Shown one piece after another: positions 17,165 through 26,127 of a stretch of DNA of 64,000 nucleotides. The stretch lies in IMG/VR virus record IMGVR_UViG_3300005096_000071, positions 27,159 to 91,158 of that record; one strand, 5' to 3'. Position numbers and translations under genes: made by a program. The stretch is from a virus. Below the pieces are notes generated by a model. That model was not told the DNA's origin. It made no database searches and saw only the letters and a list, made by a program, of their open reading frames with translations. Positions within the stretch are counted from its first letter, which is position 1; every line of letters begins with the position of its first letter.

Positions 17165-17430
17165 CCCCGCCCCGTCTCTTTCGAGTCCTCTACCCCCGGG
17201 AGGTCTTCCTGGCCGTACCGCTCGGCCATGAGTCCGATCAACTCCGACTCTGCGCGGAGCAAGATCCGGGTAACCGCGCGGTCGTTGGCCTTCATCGCTT
17301 TGTTTCGCGAGCGGCGGCAGCTGTTGATCGCGGTGTCGATGGGATCGACACCCTCGTCCTCGCCCTCGTCCTCGTCGGACGCGGCGGGTGTGGTGACGGG
17401 GGCGGCGTTGGTCTCGGGTGTCTGGCTCAT
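17161..17430 (-). CDS. Hypothetical acidic protein
   Basis: SD AGGAG, coupled. Confidence 0.65.
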   Translation of the reverse strand: MSQTPETNAAPVTTPAASDEDEGEDEGVDPIDTAINSCRRSRNKAMKANDRAVTRILLRAESELIGLMAERYGQEDLPGVEDSKETGRG

Positions 17431-18026
17431 AGGGTCGTCTCCTGTTCGATGCAATTTGGTTTGGCGCTGAGGATGCGGCCGAGGTGGCCGCTCTCGGTGA
17501 CGCGGAAGCGGATCCGGGTCCGCGGTCCGTTCCATCCCAGGAGGATGACGGAGATCCGCTTGCTCGGATCGCCGCGGGGGCGCCAGAAAGACACGGCGAC
17601 GGGGGTTACCACAATGGGCTCCACGTCCGCGACCGGTACAGGCGCAAGCTTCCGCCGTGGCCCGATCGGGGGGATCGCCCGGCGCTTACCCTTGCGTCGT
17701 CCGTTGCCGCGGTACCGCATCATCCCGCCATCCTTCAGGTGGACAGTCACCAGGGCTTTGCGGCCGTGCACCGCTACGTGGTCGCGCAGCTTGATCACCG
17801 CGTTGGCGTCCATCACCACGCGGCGCATCTCGACCTTACCGCGGCAGCGGACCGTTATGGTCGCGATGTCGTCCGGGTGGACGTCGTCCTGCCCCGCTCG
17901 GTCGTCCTCGGAAAAGTACCGCGTTTCGCGCCGAGGCTGCGCTCGGCCTCGCCAGACCGGTCCGGTGGACTGTGGGCGTCCGGGTTCCCTTATGAGCTTC
18001 CCGTCCGTCGGATTGAGGTATTGCAT
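17427..18026 (-). CDS. Hypothetical basic protein
   Basis: ATG 9 nt after TAGATT of the conserved promoter. Confidence 0.65.
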   Translation of the reverse strand: MQYLNPTDGKLIREPGRPQSTGPVWRGRAQPRRETRYFSEDDRAGQDDVHPDDIATITVRCRGKVEMRRVVMDANAVIKLRDHVAVHGRKALVTVHLKDGGMMRYRGNGRRKGKRRAIPPIGPRRKLAPVPVADVEPIVVTPVAVSFWRPRGDPSKRISVILLGWNGPRTRIRFRVTESGHLGRILSAKPNCIEQETTL

Positions 18027-18035
18027 CGGATTGTG

Positions 18036-18078
18036 AATCTATACGGTCACGGCTAAGTCCGCAACGGTCAGGGTGCAT
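18036..18078 (-). promoter_or_regulatory. Conserved promoter ATGCAC-N8-TTGCGG-N17-TAGATT
   Basis: Family member. Confidence 0.75.
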
Positions 18079-18724
18079 TTTCACCTGGATCCCAGGCGGA
18101 TGAAAAGTCACGATCGGCGAATAACTCCGCCAAACCCGTGATCTGTTTCAGACGTAGAACCTCGTCGCTACACATCCCCAGCTCTTCCTGTATTTTCTTG
18201 TCGCGCCAGCCAGCCTTGTACAACATCCGCACGACCTCGGACATCGCATCGACGCGGTGCTCCCCACGCGCCCGATTGTGCTCGACAGTCGCCGCGATTC
18301 TCGACCCGTCATCAGTCCTACTCGCGCGGATCTGGGTCACTGGTAAACGACCATGCACGCTTTCGCTGACCTCCTTGATCTCCTTTCCCACACGGCTGCG
18401 ATGGAACCCATCCACCACCACCACCACGCCATCGTCCACCTCGTGCGCGACGATCGGCATCGTGTACCCATTTGCCACGACGGAATGAGCGAGCAATTTC
18501 ATTTCTGGCGGAGCCACAGTATTCGGGTTGTAGTCGTTGCCACGCACGTCGTCAGCTCGGACCCACTGGACGAGGTCAACAGGGTGCTCCCGCAGAGGTG
18601 AAATCTCGTGGATGTGCAGCCTCGCAGTATTGATTGCATCGATCCTGTCGTCGAGATCTGAGATCTCGCCGAGGGCTGTCGCAAGTTCACGAGCTAACTC
18701 GTCCGCCTTTTTTACAGTCCCCAT
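18068..18724 (-). CDS. ibrB: IbrB/YbdM-like ParB/Srx domain protein
   Basis: HPVD.VQWV, NDYNPN.VAPPEM.LL, GYTMPIV, VDGFHR, HNRARG, GM..DEVLRLKQITGL. Confidence 0.92.
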   Translation of the reverse strand: MGTVKKADELARELATALGEISDLDDRIDAINTARLHIHEISPLREHPVDLVQWVRADDVRGNDYNPNTVAPPEMKLLAHSVVANGYTMPIVAHEVDDGVVVVVDGFHRSRVGKEIKEVSESVHGRLPVTQIRASRTDDGSRIAATVEHNRARGEHRVDAMSEVVRMLYKAGWRDKKIQEELGMCSDEVLRLKQITGLAELFADRDFSSAWDPGENAP

Positions 18725-19947
18725 TTCGCTCGTCTCTTTCTCATGATCTTCCTGTAACGCTGGTAAGCGCCATCCTTATTTGACTGCTGTGAGAACGACA
18801 GCCTCCGACACATCCTGTCGTTCAGGAGGATCTTCTTGGCGACGCGTCGCCAAGACGGGGCTTTACGCTGCGCTTCGAGCTTCGGGTCGGCCTCGTCGAC
18901 CATCTCCACTCCTTTGCCTCGCCAGTGCGCTATGAATACTGCGATCTTATCAGAGTAATGGTCTCTCTCCTCCTCAGGGAGGGTCTCAAGGAGGAACGAA
19001 ACGTAACTCTCCCACGTTGGGTGGGAGTCTGGAAGTGTGACCTTCCCGTTCCCGAGGATATTTCCTCGTTTGCCAGCATAGAGAGCACCGTAATTTGCCC
19101 CCGCGACCCTCGCTAGTACACGGTGCCACGTATTTGGCTCTACTACGTGCCACATACGTAGCCCCCTCCGCTGGTCGTCGCCGTATGGCTGACAAATACG
19201 CTGCTGATGGATCGGCAGCCCGGCGCGGTGCATTGAGTCATATAAGGTGTTGTGCGGCAACCCTGTCTTGCCGTGAAAAGTCCAAATGTCCTCAGTCTTC
19301 CAATCGTAGATTGGGTAACAGTTGACCAGTCCTTCTCCCTTCCATGTGGTCCAGTGCAGACCCTCGACTCGACTCTTTCGGATTTTCGCTATAGTGCGCC
19401 ATCGGTTCAGCGACTCGTCGGTCCTTATCCCCACGAGACAGGCACATGGCTCGCCTCCAGAATACCACTTTCCAAACTCAGGGACAAAGTCCTCGAATTC
19501 CATTGCACATTTTCGATCACCGTCAGTCCATGGTGGACGGTAGAAAGGGTACACATCGGGGTCCGTGACGGCGAAGTCAGGGGGAGTCCTGACCCATGAT
19601 TCGGTCATCGTTGGATCCCACGATGTCCAGTATGGTTGGACAACAGAGACAGCGTTCCGTAGGTGGATCGGGAGAGCAACCCAGTGTGGATCGATACAGT
19701 CTGCGTAGGACGCGAACATCTCTTTGATGTAGTCTATCGTGCATTCGAACTGGGCCTCAAGATCAACGTACAAGACGCCGATACGCCTGCCGCGCCGGCG
19801 TGCTTCGGCGCATGCTAAGTGCATCATGACCCCAGAGTCCTTGCCGGAGGGTCCAGACAAGTACACTCGTCGGAAGGAATCGAAAACCCACGAGATACGT
19901 TCCTTCGCAGCGTCGAGTACGTTTTTGTCGAGCCGTATCTTATCCAT
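18712..19947 (-). CDS. ibrA: IbrA/YbdN-like PAPS-reductase family protein (DUF3440)
   Basis: SGKDS PP-loop, DLEAQ, VGIRTDESLNR, PIYDW..EDIW, QRICQPYGDDQRRGL, PSWRR. Confidence 0.92.
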   Translation of the reverse strand: MDKIRLDKNVLDAAKERISWVFDSFRRVYLSGPSGKDSGVMMHLACAEARRRGRRIGVLYVDLEAQFECTIDYIKEMFASYADCIDPHWVALPIHLRNAVSVVQPYWTSWDPTMTESWVRTPPDFAVTDPDVYPFYRPPWTDGDRKCAMEFEDFVPEFGKWYSGGEPCACLVGIRTDESLNRWRTIAKIRKSRVEGLHWTTWKGEGLVNCYPIYDWKTEDIWTFHGKTGLPHNTLYDSMHRAGLPIHQQRICQPYGDDQRRGLRMWHVVEPNTWHRVLARVAGANYGALYAGKRGNILGNGKVTLPDSHPTWESYVSFLLETLPEEERDHYSDKIAVFIAHWRGKGVEMVDEADPKLEAQRKAPSWRRVAKKILLNDRMCRRLSFSQQSNKDGAYQRYRKIMRKRRAKWGL

Positions 19948-20479
19948 GGATCCTATCGATCTGTGCCCCACGCACAACCACCATTCGCTCCGAGGATCCT
20001 TCGTAGACTCGGTATCTGTGACCGTCCCGTAAACGATAGATCCTAACTCCATCATCGAGCACGAAGCCGTTGCGCTGGGCTGCAGAAACGTCTCGAACCC
20101 ATGGGCGATCAAGGACGTTCTCAACGACCTTTAGCACTGCCGCATCGCCACCTCCATCCGCGACTCTGAGCGCCTGGAGTGGCTCGACGCTAGTGCTTTT
20201 GCCGTTTTCAAACCGGGCAAACTGTCGCTGGTGTGGGCCGCTTCGTATCTCGTACAAAACATTCTCTCGCAATAGCCATGTTGCGACAACTCCATACAGG
20301 TTCCCGCTCCATGCGGAGTGAGCGTTGCTCCAGTCGTTCATTGGAGTGATGAACGACCTGGAAAGCCCCCACTTGGGGTGAATGCCATCGATTGTCGCAA
20401 CCCATGGTTTGATGGGACTTCCTCCTTTATAGTGGGCAGGCACTTCGATCCTCAAGATCGAGAAAGGGTGTTTCTTCAT
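19940..20479 (-). CDS. Conserved phage protein (PWVA.I.G...GL.R.F type)
   Basis: ORF overlapping ibrA start; internally repeated PWV...Y motif. Confidence 0.7.
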   Translation of the reverse strand: MKKHPFSILRIEVPAHYKGGSPIKPWVATIDGIHPKWGLSRSFITPMNDWSNAHSAWSGNLYGVVATWLLRENVLYEIRSGPHQRQFARFENGKSTSVEPLQALRVADGGGDAAVLKVVENVLDRPWVRDVSAAQRNGFVLDDGVRIYRLRDGHRYRVYEGSSERMVVVRGAQIDRIHG

Positions 20480-20490
20480 AACCATCCCGG

Positions 20491-20994
20491 TTAGCAGTCG
20501 AACTCGTCGAACGCACATGCTCCGCAGTACCCCTCCATCGCTACGTGGTGGGGTGCGTCGACGAGCGCGCCTCGGCACTCCTTACACCTGGTCTGCGGGC
20601 GACCGGCCCGTGGTGACCGTTTGCGTTGCACGACGCGACAGAGAAAACCGGTCCCACTCTCCACGACAGACTCCACCGTTTCTGTTTTCGTAGAGCCAGA
20701 TGCCTTCATAACCTCCAACTTGCTCCCTGCCGCGGGCCGGTCCCCGTAGACCATCACCGCCCACGAGCCGTCCTCCGTTTTCGTGTAGGAGGCACCAGCA
20801 ATGGCGCGTCCGGTGAATGAGCCGGCAAGCGATGCCTTGCCAGTCCACCACGCGCTTTCGTTGGGATCCCAACGAAAGCCGGCGGATCGAAGGTCGTGTC
20901 GCATCGGGTATGTGTTACCGCGCACATAATGTCGTCGTCCCTTCTTCTCGATGCTAAGCGAATCTGCGGGGCGGGTTGCGTTGGCGTCGGTCAT
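20491..20994 (-). CDS. Hypothetical protein (GNTYP...G.RWD...AWW domain, C-terminal Zn finger)
   Basis: Common phage motif; CxxC...CxxC. Confidence 0.75.
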   Translation of the reverse strand: MTDANATRPADSLSIEKKGRRHYVRGNTYPMRHDLRSAGFRWDPNESAWWTGKASLAGSFTGRAIAGASYTKTEDGSWAVMVYGDRPAAGSKLEVMKASGSTKTETVESVVESGTGFLCRVVQRKRSPRAGRPQTRCKECRGALVDAPHHVAMEGYCGACAFDEFDC

Positions 20995-21003
20995 TGCTCA
21001 GAT

Positions 21004-21046
21004 GTTGTACACGACCGATGGGCGCGGCGCAAGCTAAATCGTGCAC
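21004..21046 (-). promoter_or_regulatory. Conserved promoter GTGCAC-N8-TTGCGC-N17-TACAAC
   Basis: Family member. Confidence 0.7.
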
Positions 21047-21047
21047 T

Positions 21048-21620
21048 TTACCATCTGGGTCGCTTCGCGATTTGGTCAAGCTCGCACGTGATGGCCGTCA
21101 GCTTGGCGTGCGTGCTTGTGATCGCGTGTCGGCGGTTCCAAGGGTTCGGCCACGTGACGGCGTGGCCCTCGCGAGCCGTGAAGGCGTCCACGTTTTTGTC
21201 GTGGTCATCGATCAGGACGATTCCCGGTCGCGCCACGGCGATCTTGGAGTGCCCGATCAGGAACGTCCCGGGGCCAAAGTGCCGCATCAAAAAGTTCGTC
21301 TTTCCGTGTGCGCTCTCACCGGCCCCCGTTTTCGGCGGGGGTGCGGTGAGCCAGAACGTCGGGGCCAAGCGTGAACAGGCACCCCACAGTTGGAGCGCCC
21401 CCTCCAACAGTGGAAGCTCCTCCCACCATGCGGGTCCGATCGCTTTGATCTTCGCCCAGACCGCGCGCTCGTTTAGCTTGAGCACCTCGAAGGCGTCGTA
21501 CGTGCCTCGTGGCCACTGCTCCAGCACCTCGGCGTGGTCGAGCTTCATCAGCCGGCAGAGCCCCGCCAGCCAGTCGGCCGCCAGCCCGTCAACATCGAGA
21601 TAGATTGCGTCGATCGCCAT
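21048..21620 (-). CDS. HAD-family 5'(3')-deoxyribonucleotidase-like protein
   Basis: YLDVDG..AD, LT.P, GK, LIDD...NV. Confidence 0.85.
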   Translation of the reverse strand: MAIDAIYLDVDGLAADWLAGLCRLMKLDHAEVLEQWPRGTYDAFEVLKLNERAVWAKIKAIGPAWWEELPLLEGALQLWGACSRLAPTFWLTAPPPKTGAGESAHGKTNFLMRHFGPGTFLIGHSKIAVARPGIVLIDDHDKNVDAFTAREGHAVTWPNPWNRRHAITSTHAKLTAITCELDQIAKRPRW

Positions 21621-21630
21621 GCCCGGGATG

Positions 21631-21861
21631 TTACCCCACAGCCGCGAGGCGGCAGGGTGGGGCCTTGACGACCCAGGCGCCGTTGACCACGACGGCGACC
21701 GCCTCGACGCCGAGGGCCCGCGCCTCGACTGCGATCAGTTGCGCCGCCTCGGGACCGTCACAGACGGACCACGCTGGATCACCACTGAACGCGGTATTAG
21801 CCACGTCTGCAGCCGCAGTTGCAATCGTTTTTTGGTTTTGGCGGTCCATCTCGATCACCAC
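21631..21861 (-). CDS. Small hypothetical protein
   Basis: GTG 9 nt after TACATT. Confidence 0.55.
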   Translation of the reverse strand: MVIEMDRQNQKTIATAAADVANTAFSGDPAWSVCDGPEAAQLIAVEARALGVEAVAVVVNGAWVVKAPPCRLAAVG

Positions 21862-21870
21862 TTGCCCGGG

Positions 21871-21913
21871 AATGTAGCCGGCCCCGGTAAAGGTGGCAAC
21901 CTATTGGGTGCAT
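21871..21913 (-). promoter_or_regulatory. Conserved promoter ATGCAC-N8-TTGCCA-N17-TACATT
   Basis: Family member. Confidence 0.75.
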
Positions 21914-21967
21914 GTTTTTACGCTATTCGCGCTTGTCCGCCGGGATGCCGCGTGAGATACCAAGGGC

Positions 21968-22477
21968 ATGAGCGACACACCCGAGAAAATCGTACGCGCG
22001 CCGCGTCCCGGCTCAGAGGGGTTCGGCGATCTACCACCAGCGGCGGCGCCAGCTGCCGCCCTTCCGTCCGGCATGATCTCCCCGGCCTCGTTCGAGAAAG
22101 AGCAACAGGCCCAACGGTTCGCGATCCCTATGAAGGACAAGTTCGGACTCGTGGTCGATCCGACATGGGGTGAGCGGTCGGATGGTGACCTCGTTTTCTA
22201 TATGGTTGCGTTGACACCGGAACGCGAGGAAAAAGCGGCAGCGTCCGCTGGCATGGGCCAGAACTTCCAAGCTGTTTTTGCCGAAATGGTGACGTTGTCG
22301 GTCGCAATGATCGGGGAAGTGAAGACCCGCGGGCGCCGCGACTACATCACTGACTGGCTAAAGCAGCTCGGGCCACGAGGACGCAAGTACGTCGACGCGG
22401 CCTATAACCGGATGTCGTCGGTCGCTGAGGCCGACCTGAACACGTTTCTCGACGGGGGAGCGCCCGTCACGATCTAA
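21968..22477 (+). CDS. Tail assembly chaperone (gpG-like)
   Basis: Directly upstream of tape measure, followed by an overlapping shifted ORF. Confidence 0.75.
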   Translation: MSDTPEKIVRAPRPGSEGFGDLPPAAAPAAALPSGMISPASFEKEQQAQRFAIPMKDKFGLVVDPTWGERSDGDLVFYMVALTPEREEKAAASAGMGQNFQAVFAEMVTLSVAMIGEVKTRGRRDYITDWLKQLGPRGRKYVDAAYNRMSSVAEADLNTFLDGGAPVTI

Positions 22478-22760
22478 CTCGGTCGAGGAGCGGAAGCGGA
22501 AGGAAGCGGAGCAACTCGCGCTAACCAGCCCGACCCGTGCCCTGAACTACGGCTGGGCGTTGTGGTGGGGGATGCGTCGGGTCGACTGGTACGAGCACTG
22601 GAATCAGGTCGACACCGCGTGTGTCTACATCGCCAAGTACGGCGGCGGCGCCGTGTCGATGTACGACGAACCGATCAGCCGCTGGCCGATCACTCGCATT
22701 GCTCGGGTCGCTCGCAAGATCTCGGACATGATGGACCGAGAGCACAAGGCAGCCAAGTGA
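22454..22760 (+). CDS. Tail chaperone frameshift extension (gpT-like), -2/+1 frame from GGGGGAG
   Basis: Frame is open from the G run to TGA 22760 and reads GERPSRSNSVEERKRKEAEQL... Confidence 0.7.
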
Positions 22761-22774
22761 TGTAGGATCGGCCC

Positions 22775-24997
22775 GTGGCGGATCGCATCGAGTACGACGT
22801 CGTCGCGTGGCTCCGCATGCGCGGCGACTTCGCGCGGCAGATGGCCCGTCAAGCGAAGGCCGCGGGCCGGTTTGGGGACAAGCTCTCCCGGATCGGCCAA
22901 AAGATGCAGTCTATGGGGTCGGCCTGGACCCGCTCCGTGATGACCCAGGTCGCGGCTTGGGGTCGACTCGCCGCCGCTATCGGCGGGGTCATGGCGGTCG
23001 CCACCGGGGCGGCTGTGCTCTCCAACGGACTGAAATTCAACAAGACGATGGAGGACGCGCGCATGCAGGTCGCGGCCATGTACCAGATGTTCGATTTCAT
23101 GGGCGACTCAACCGCGGTGCAAAGCGGAGAGATTAGTCAGTGGCAAGCGAACATCCAACTAGCCGAGCACGCGATGAAATCGCTGTACGGCATCGCGAAG
23201 AAAAGCCCCGCGACATTCAAAGAGGTAGCGAGCATTTACCAAAACGCGGCCGCCGGACTCGCAACGCAGACGGAGGACGTGGTCCGCCACCTTGAGTTCA
23301 TGAAGCGGGCGAGCTTGCTCGGAGGACTGACAGGCGGTGACTACGAGGTCCTTGGCGCGCAGGTCGGCCGCATCGTCGCTGGTAGTGCCGGCGCCGAGAT
23401 GAACATTTGGAAGACGCTGCAGAAGCCGATCTCTGAGGCAGGCAAGCGCCTCGGCGTATTTAAGTCGTCAATGGGCGCCGTCGGCGACGAGGTGACGAGC
23501 GCGTTCAACAAACTGGGCGGAGACAAGCGCCTCGTCGTCATGATGGAGGCGATGAAAAAGATAGGCCCCGACGTGGCCGCGACGTTCGCGAAGTCTATGG
23601 CCGGCATCAGTTCGACCGCGAAATCCGCGCTCGAATCAATGACCGGTCGGCTCACAAAGCCGCTCTATGAGACGTGGAAAAACGCACTTGCTGGAGCGGT
23701 AGGCGACGGAGGGATCCTTGGCGACGACTCGATATCCAAGTTCGAAAAAGCGGCCGACTACTTCGGCAACGCGCTCGCAGGCGCCGCTACCCACCTGATC
23801 TTCAGGATCACGACTGTTCTCCAACTCATCAGGGATAACTGGCAGACCATCGCCGACACCACCTACAAAGCTTTCCAGATTGGGTCTGGGATGATCAAGG
23901 GTGCATTTGCGTACGGACTTACCAAAATGATGGCTGGTTCTGCTTTGGTCGCCGCGGGCGGTGCTCTGCGGGCCGCGGGCGGCGCCCAGAAGTATGGAGG
24001 GAAGCTTGTAGGGTTCATGGGGCGGCAGCGCCAGAAGGCCCATCGAGGCATCGTGCGGGGCGCTCACGGCCAGGGCCGTGGACCGCTTGGGATGATGGGG
24101 AAAATGCTCGGGTCAAAGTCAGGCGGTATGGGGGATGTGTTCCGGAACATCTCGGTGATGCTGGCCAGCTTCGGATCGCTCGCTGCCGTGATGCTCGGTG
24201 TACTCCCCATTCTCTTGATGGTTGGTGTGGCTTTCGGGGCAATCGGCGTGGCCTTCGCTGGCGTAGCCGCGTGGGTGGTGTCCAACTGGAGGGCAATCCA
24301 GAAATCAATGGTCCAGGCACTAACAGGCGGAGGGAACGTGCTCCGTCCGCTAGTTGGGGCGGCGTATGTGCTGTGGGCCCGCCTGAAGATGGTAGGGGAA
24401 GCGATGATCGGTGGGTCATCAGGCGCCGAGGTTCTCGGTGGGATGATCTCGGTACTTTCCAGGGTGGTCATGATGGCCGCCGATACCATCTCGTTTTTCA
24501 TGCGAGTGATCGCCATCTTCATCGGCACATTCGGCATCCTGAAGATGGCGTTTCAGGGAGTGATGAGGGCCGTGCTTGGGATCATAGAGGTGGCAAGTTA
24601 CCTGCCTGGCGGCCCGTCGGATGACTACGTTGAGAATGCGCGTCGTAACTACAACGAGTACAAGAACGGTGTCCAAGACACGTTCACGACAGTTGACCAG
24701 TTGCTCACGAAGGCGGACGCGCTCGAACGGATCAACCTGGACTCGCTTGACTCCGATGCGGTGGACAAGACTGCCGCCGAGCTAGAGCAGGACGTCGCGG
24801 GGTTCCTGAAGAAAATCGGATCGAAGGACAGTCCGACTGGTGGCAAGCAGCCCACCGTGAAGATCGACAAGATCGAGATGAACTGGGACCTCCGCGGCGA
24901 GGACCCTGACCGACTGATGACCGCGTTTATCGAGCCACTCGAACGCTTGGCCGACAATCGCGTCCAGGCCTTCGACACGATCGACGGGGGTAGCTGA
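22775..24997 (+). CDS. Tape measure protein
   Basis: 740 aa, Ala/Gly/Met-rich helical, hydrophobic segments, position. Confidence 0.88.
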   Translation: MADRIEYDVVAWLRMRGDFARQMARQAKAAGRFGDKLSRIGQKMQSMGSAWTRSVMTQVAAWGRLAAAIGGVMAVATGAAVLSNGLKFNKTMEDARMQVAAMYQMFDFMGDSTAVQSGEISQWQANIQLAEHAMKSLYGIAKKSPATFKEVASIYQNAAAGLATQTEDVVRHLEFMKRASLLGGLTGGDYEVLGAQVGRIVAGSAGAEMNIWKTLQKPISEAGKRLGVFKSSMGAVGDEVTSAFNKLGGDKRLVVMMEAMKKIGPDVAATFAKSMAGISSTAKSALESMTGRLTKPLYETWKNALAGAVGDGGILGDDSISKFEKAADYFGNALAGAATHLIFRITTVLQLIRDNWQTIADTTYKAFQIGSGMIKGAFAYGLTKMMAGSALVAAGGALRAAGGAQKYGGKLVGFMGRQRQKAHRGIVRGAHGQGRGPLGMMGKMLGSKSGGMGDVFRNISVMLASFGSLAAVMLGVLPILLMVGVAFGAIGVAFAGVAAWVVSNWRAIQKSMVQALTGGGNVLRPLVGAAYVLWARLKMVGEAMIGGSSGAEVLGGMISVLSRVVMMAADTISFFMRVIAIFIGTFGILKMAFQGVMRAVLGIIEVASYLPGGPSDDYVENARRNYNEYKNGVQDTFTTVDQLLTKADALERINLDSLDSDAVDKTAAELEQDVAGFLKKIGSKDSPTGGKQPTVKIDKIEMNWDLRGEDPDRLMTAFIEPLERLADNRVQAFDTIDGGS

Positions 24998-26127
24998 TGT
25001 CGTTTCCGTTCATTATAAGGCAGGTCAACCTCCCCGCGCGTGTCGTAATCCTGAAGGGGCGGAGCTTGCCCTACCAGACGGTCGACTGGGGGGGGGAGAT
25101 GAAGCTCGACCCCAACTGGTTCCCGGGTAACCCGGTGGCCTCGACCCAGGTGCTGGGTCCGACCTTCACGCCCACCACAATCAATGGCGAGTGGAAAGAC
25201 ATTTTTCTGTTCGATGAGGCGAACGCGGCAGTCCTATTCAACTTCCCCGCCCTCTCGGGCCCAGCGAAGCCAGGGGCGACCGAGCGAGGCGGCGAGACCT
25301 TCAAGTCGGGCACGTCGCTCCCCTCGCAGTTCGGCAAGCGCGCCCGGACGCTGCGGGACGCATTCACGCTGATGCGCCGCGAGGGCGGCCTGCTTCGTGT
25401 CGAGTGGGGATCGATCGTCCGGTATGGATTCATCAAACGCGACAACTTCCCGCATAAGCGCGAGGAGGACATCATGTTCGAGATCGAGTTCGCGTGGATC
25501 GGGGACACTGCGGCCCAACCCAGGCGGTTGCTGCCGAAGCTCGATCTGCTGAGCCTGCTTAAGGCGTTGCTCGCTGTGCTCGATGAGGTTCTGAACGCGC
25601 TCCTCGGCGTCATCCTGAAGGCTTTCCTCTTCATCACGAGGATCCAGCAGTTCATCACGGCGCTGGGGTCGTTCGTGCGGGCGCTCATCGAGGCGCTGAA
25701 GCGGCTCACGTCATTCGTGTTTGCCCCCGCGGACATCCTCAACAACATCCGCGCAAACCTCCGATCGATCATCCTGGAGGCCCGCGACCTGTTCGATGTA
25801 CTCCAGAACGATCCATCCGCCGCGTACCAGGCCGCTCTCTCGGGGTCGGTCAAAGATGTGGTCGAGGCGAACCTGTTCCTCTCGACGTTCCGCGACCAGG
25901 TCCGCCGCCTCGCTTCCGACGCTGCAGAGAAGCAGCGCCAGATCGAGGAGTTCAACGGCCCCGAGTTGATCGGGTTCTATACCGCGACCGGTGGCGAGTC
26001 GCTCCGCGACGTGGCGCGACAGTTCTACGACAACCCTGGCAACTGGCGGCTACTCGCCGACTTCAACGGGATCGATCGATCGCTGCTTGTCCGCGGCACG
26101 GTCATCCGGATCCCGAGGCTCCAGTAA
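24997..26127 (+). CDS. Tail tube initiator/baseplate protein with C-terminal LysM/TailX domain
   Basis: GESLRDVARQFY.NPGNWRLLADFNGI...GTVIRIP. Confidence 0.82.
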   Translation: MSFPFIIRQVNLPARVVILKGRSLPYQTVDWGGEMKLDPNWFPGNPVASTQVLGPTFTPTTINGEWKDIFLFDEANAAVLFNFPALSGPAKPGATERGGETFKSGTSLPSQFGKRARTLRDAFTLMRREGGLLRVEWGSIVRYGFIKRDNFPHKREEDIMFEIEFAWIGDTAAQPRRLLPKLDLLSLLKALLAVLDEVLNALLGVILKAFLFITRIQQFITALGSFVRALIEALKRLTSFVFAPADILNNIRANLRSIILEARDLFDVLQNDPSAAYQAALSGSVKDVVEANLFLSTFRDQVRRLASDAAEKQRQIEEFNGPELIGFYTATGGESLRDVARQFYDNPGNWRLLADFNGIDRSLLVRGTVIRIPRLQ

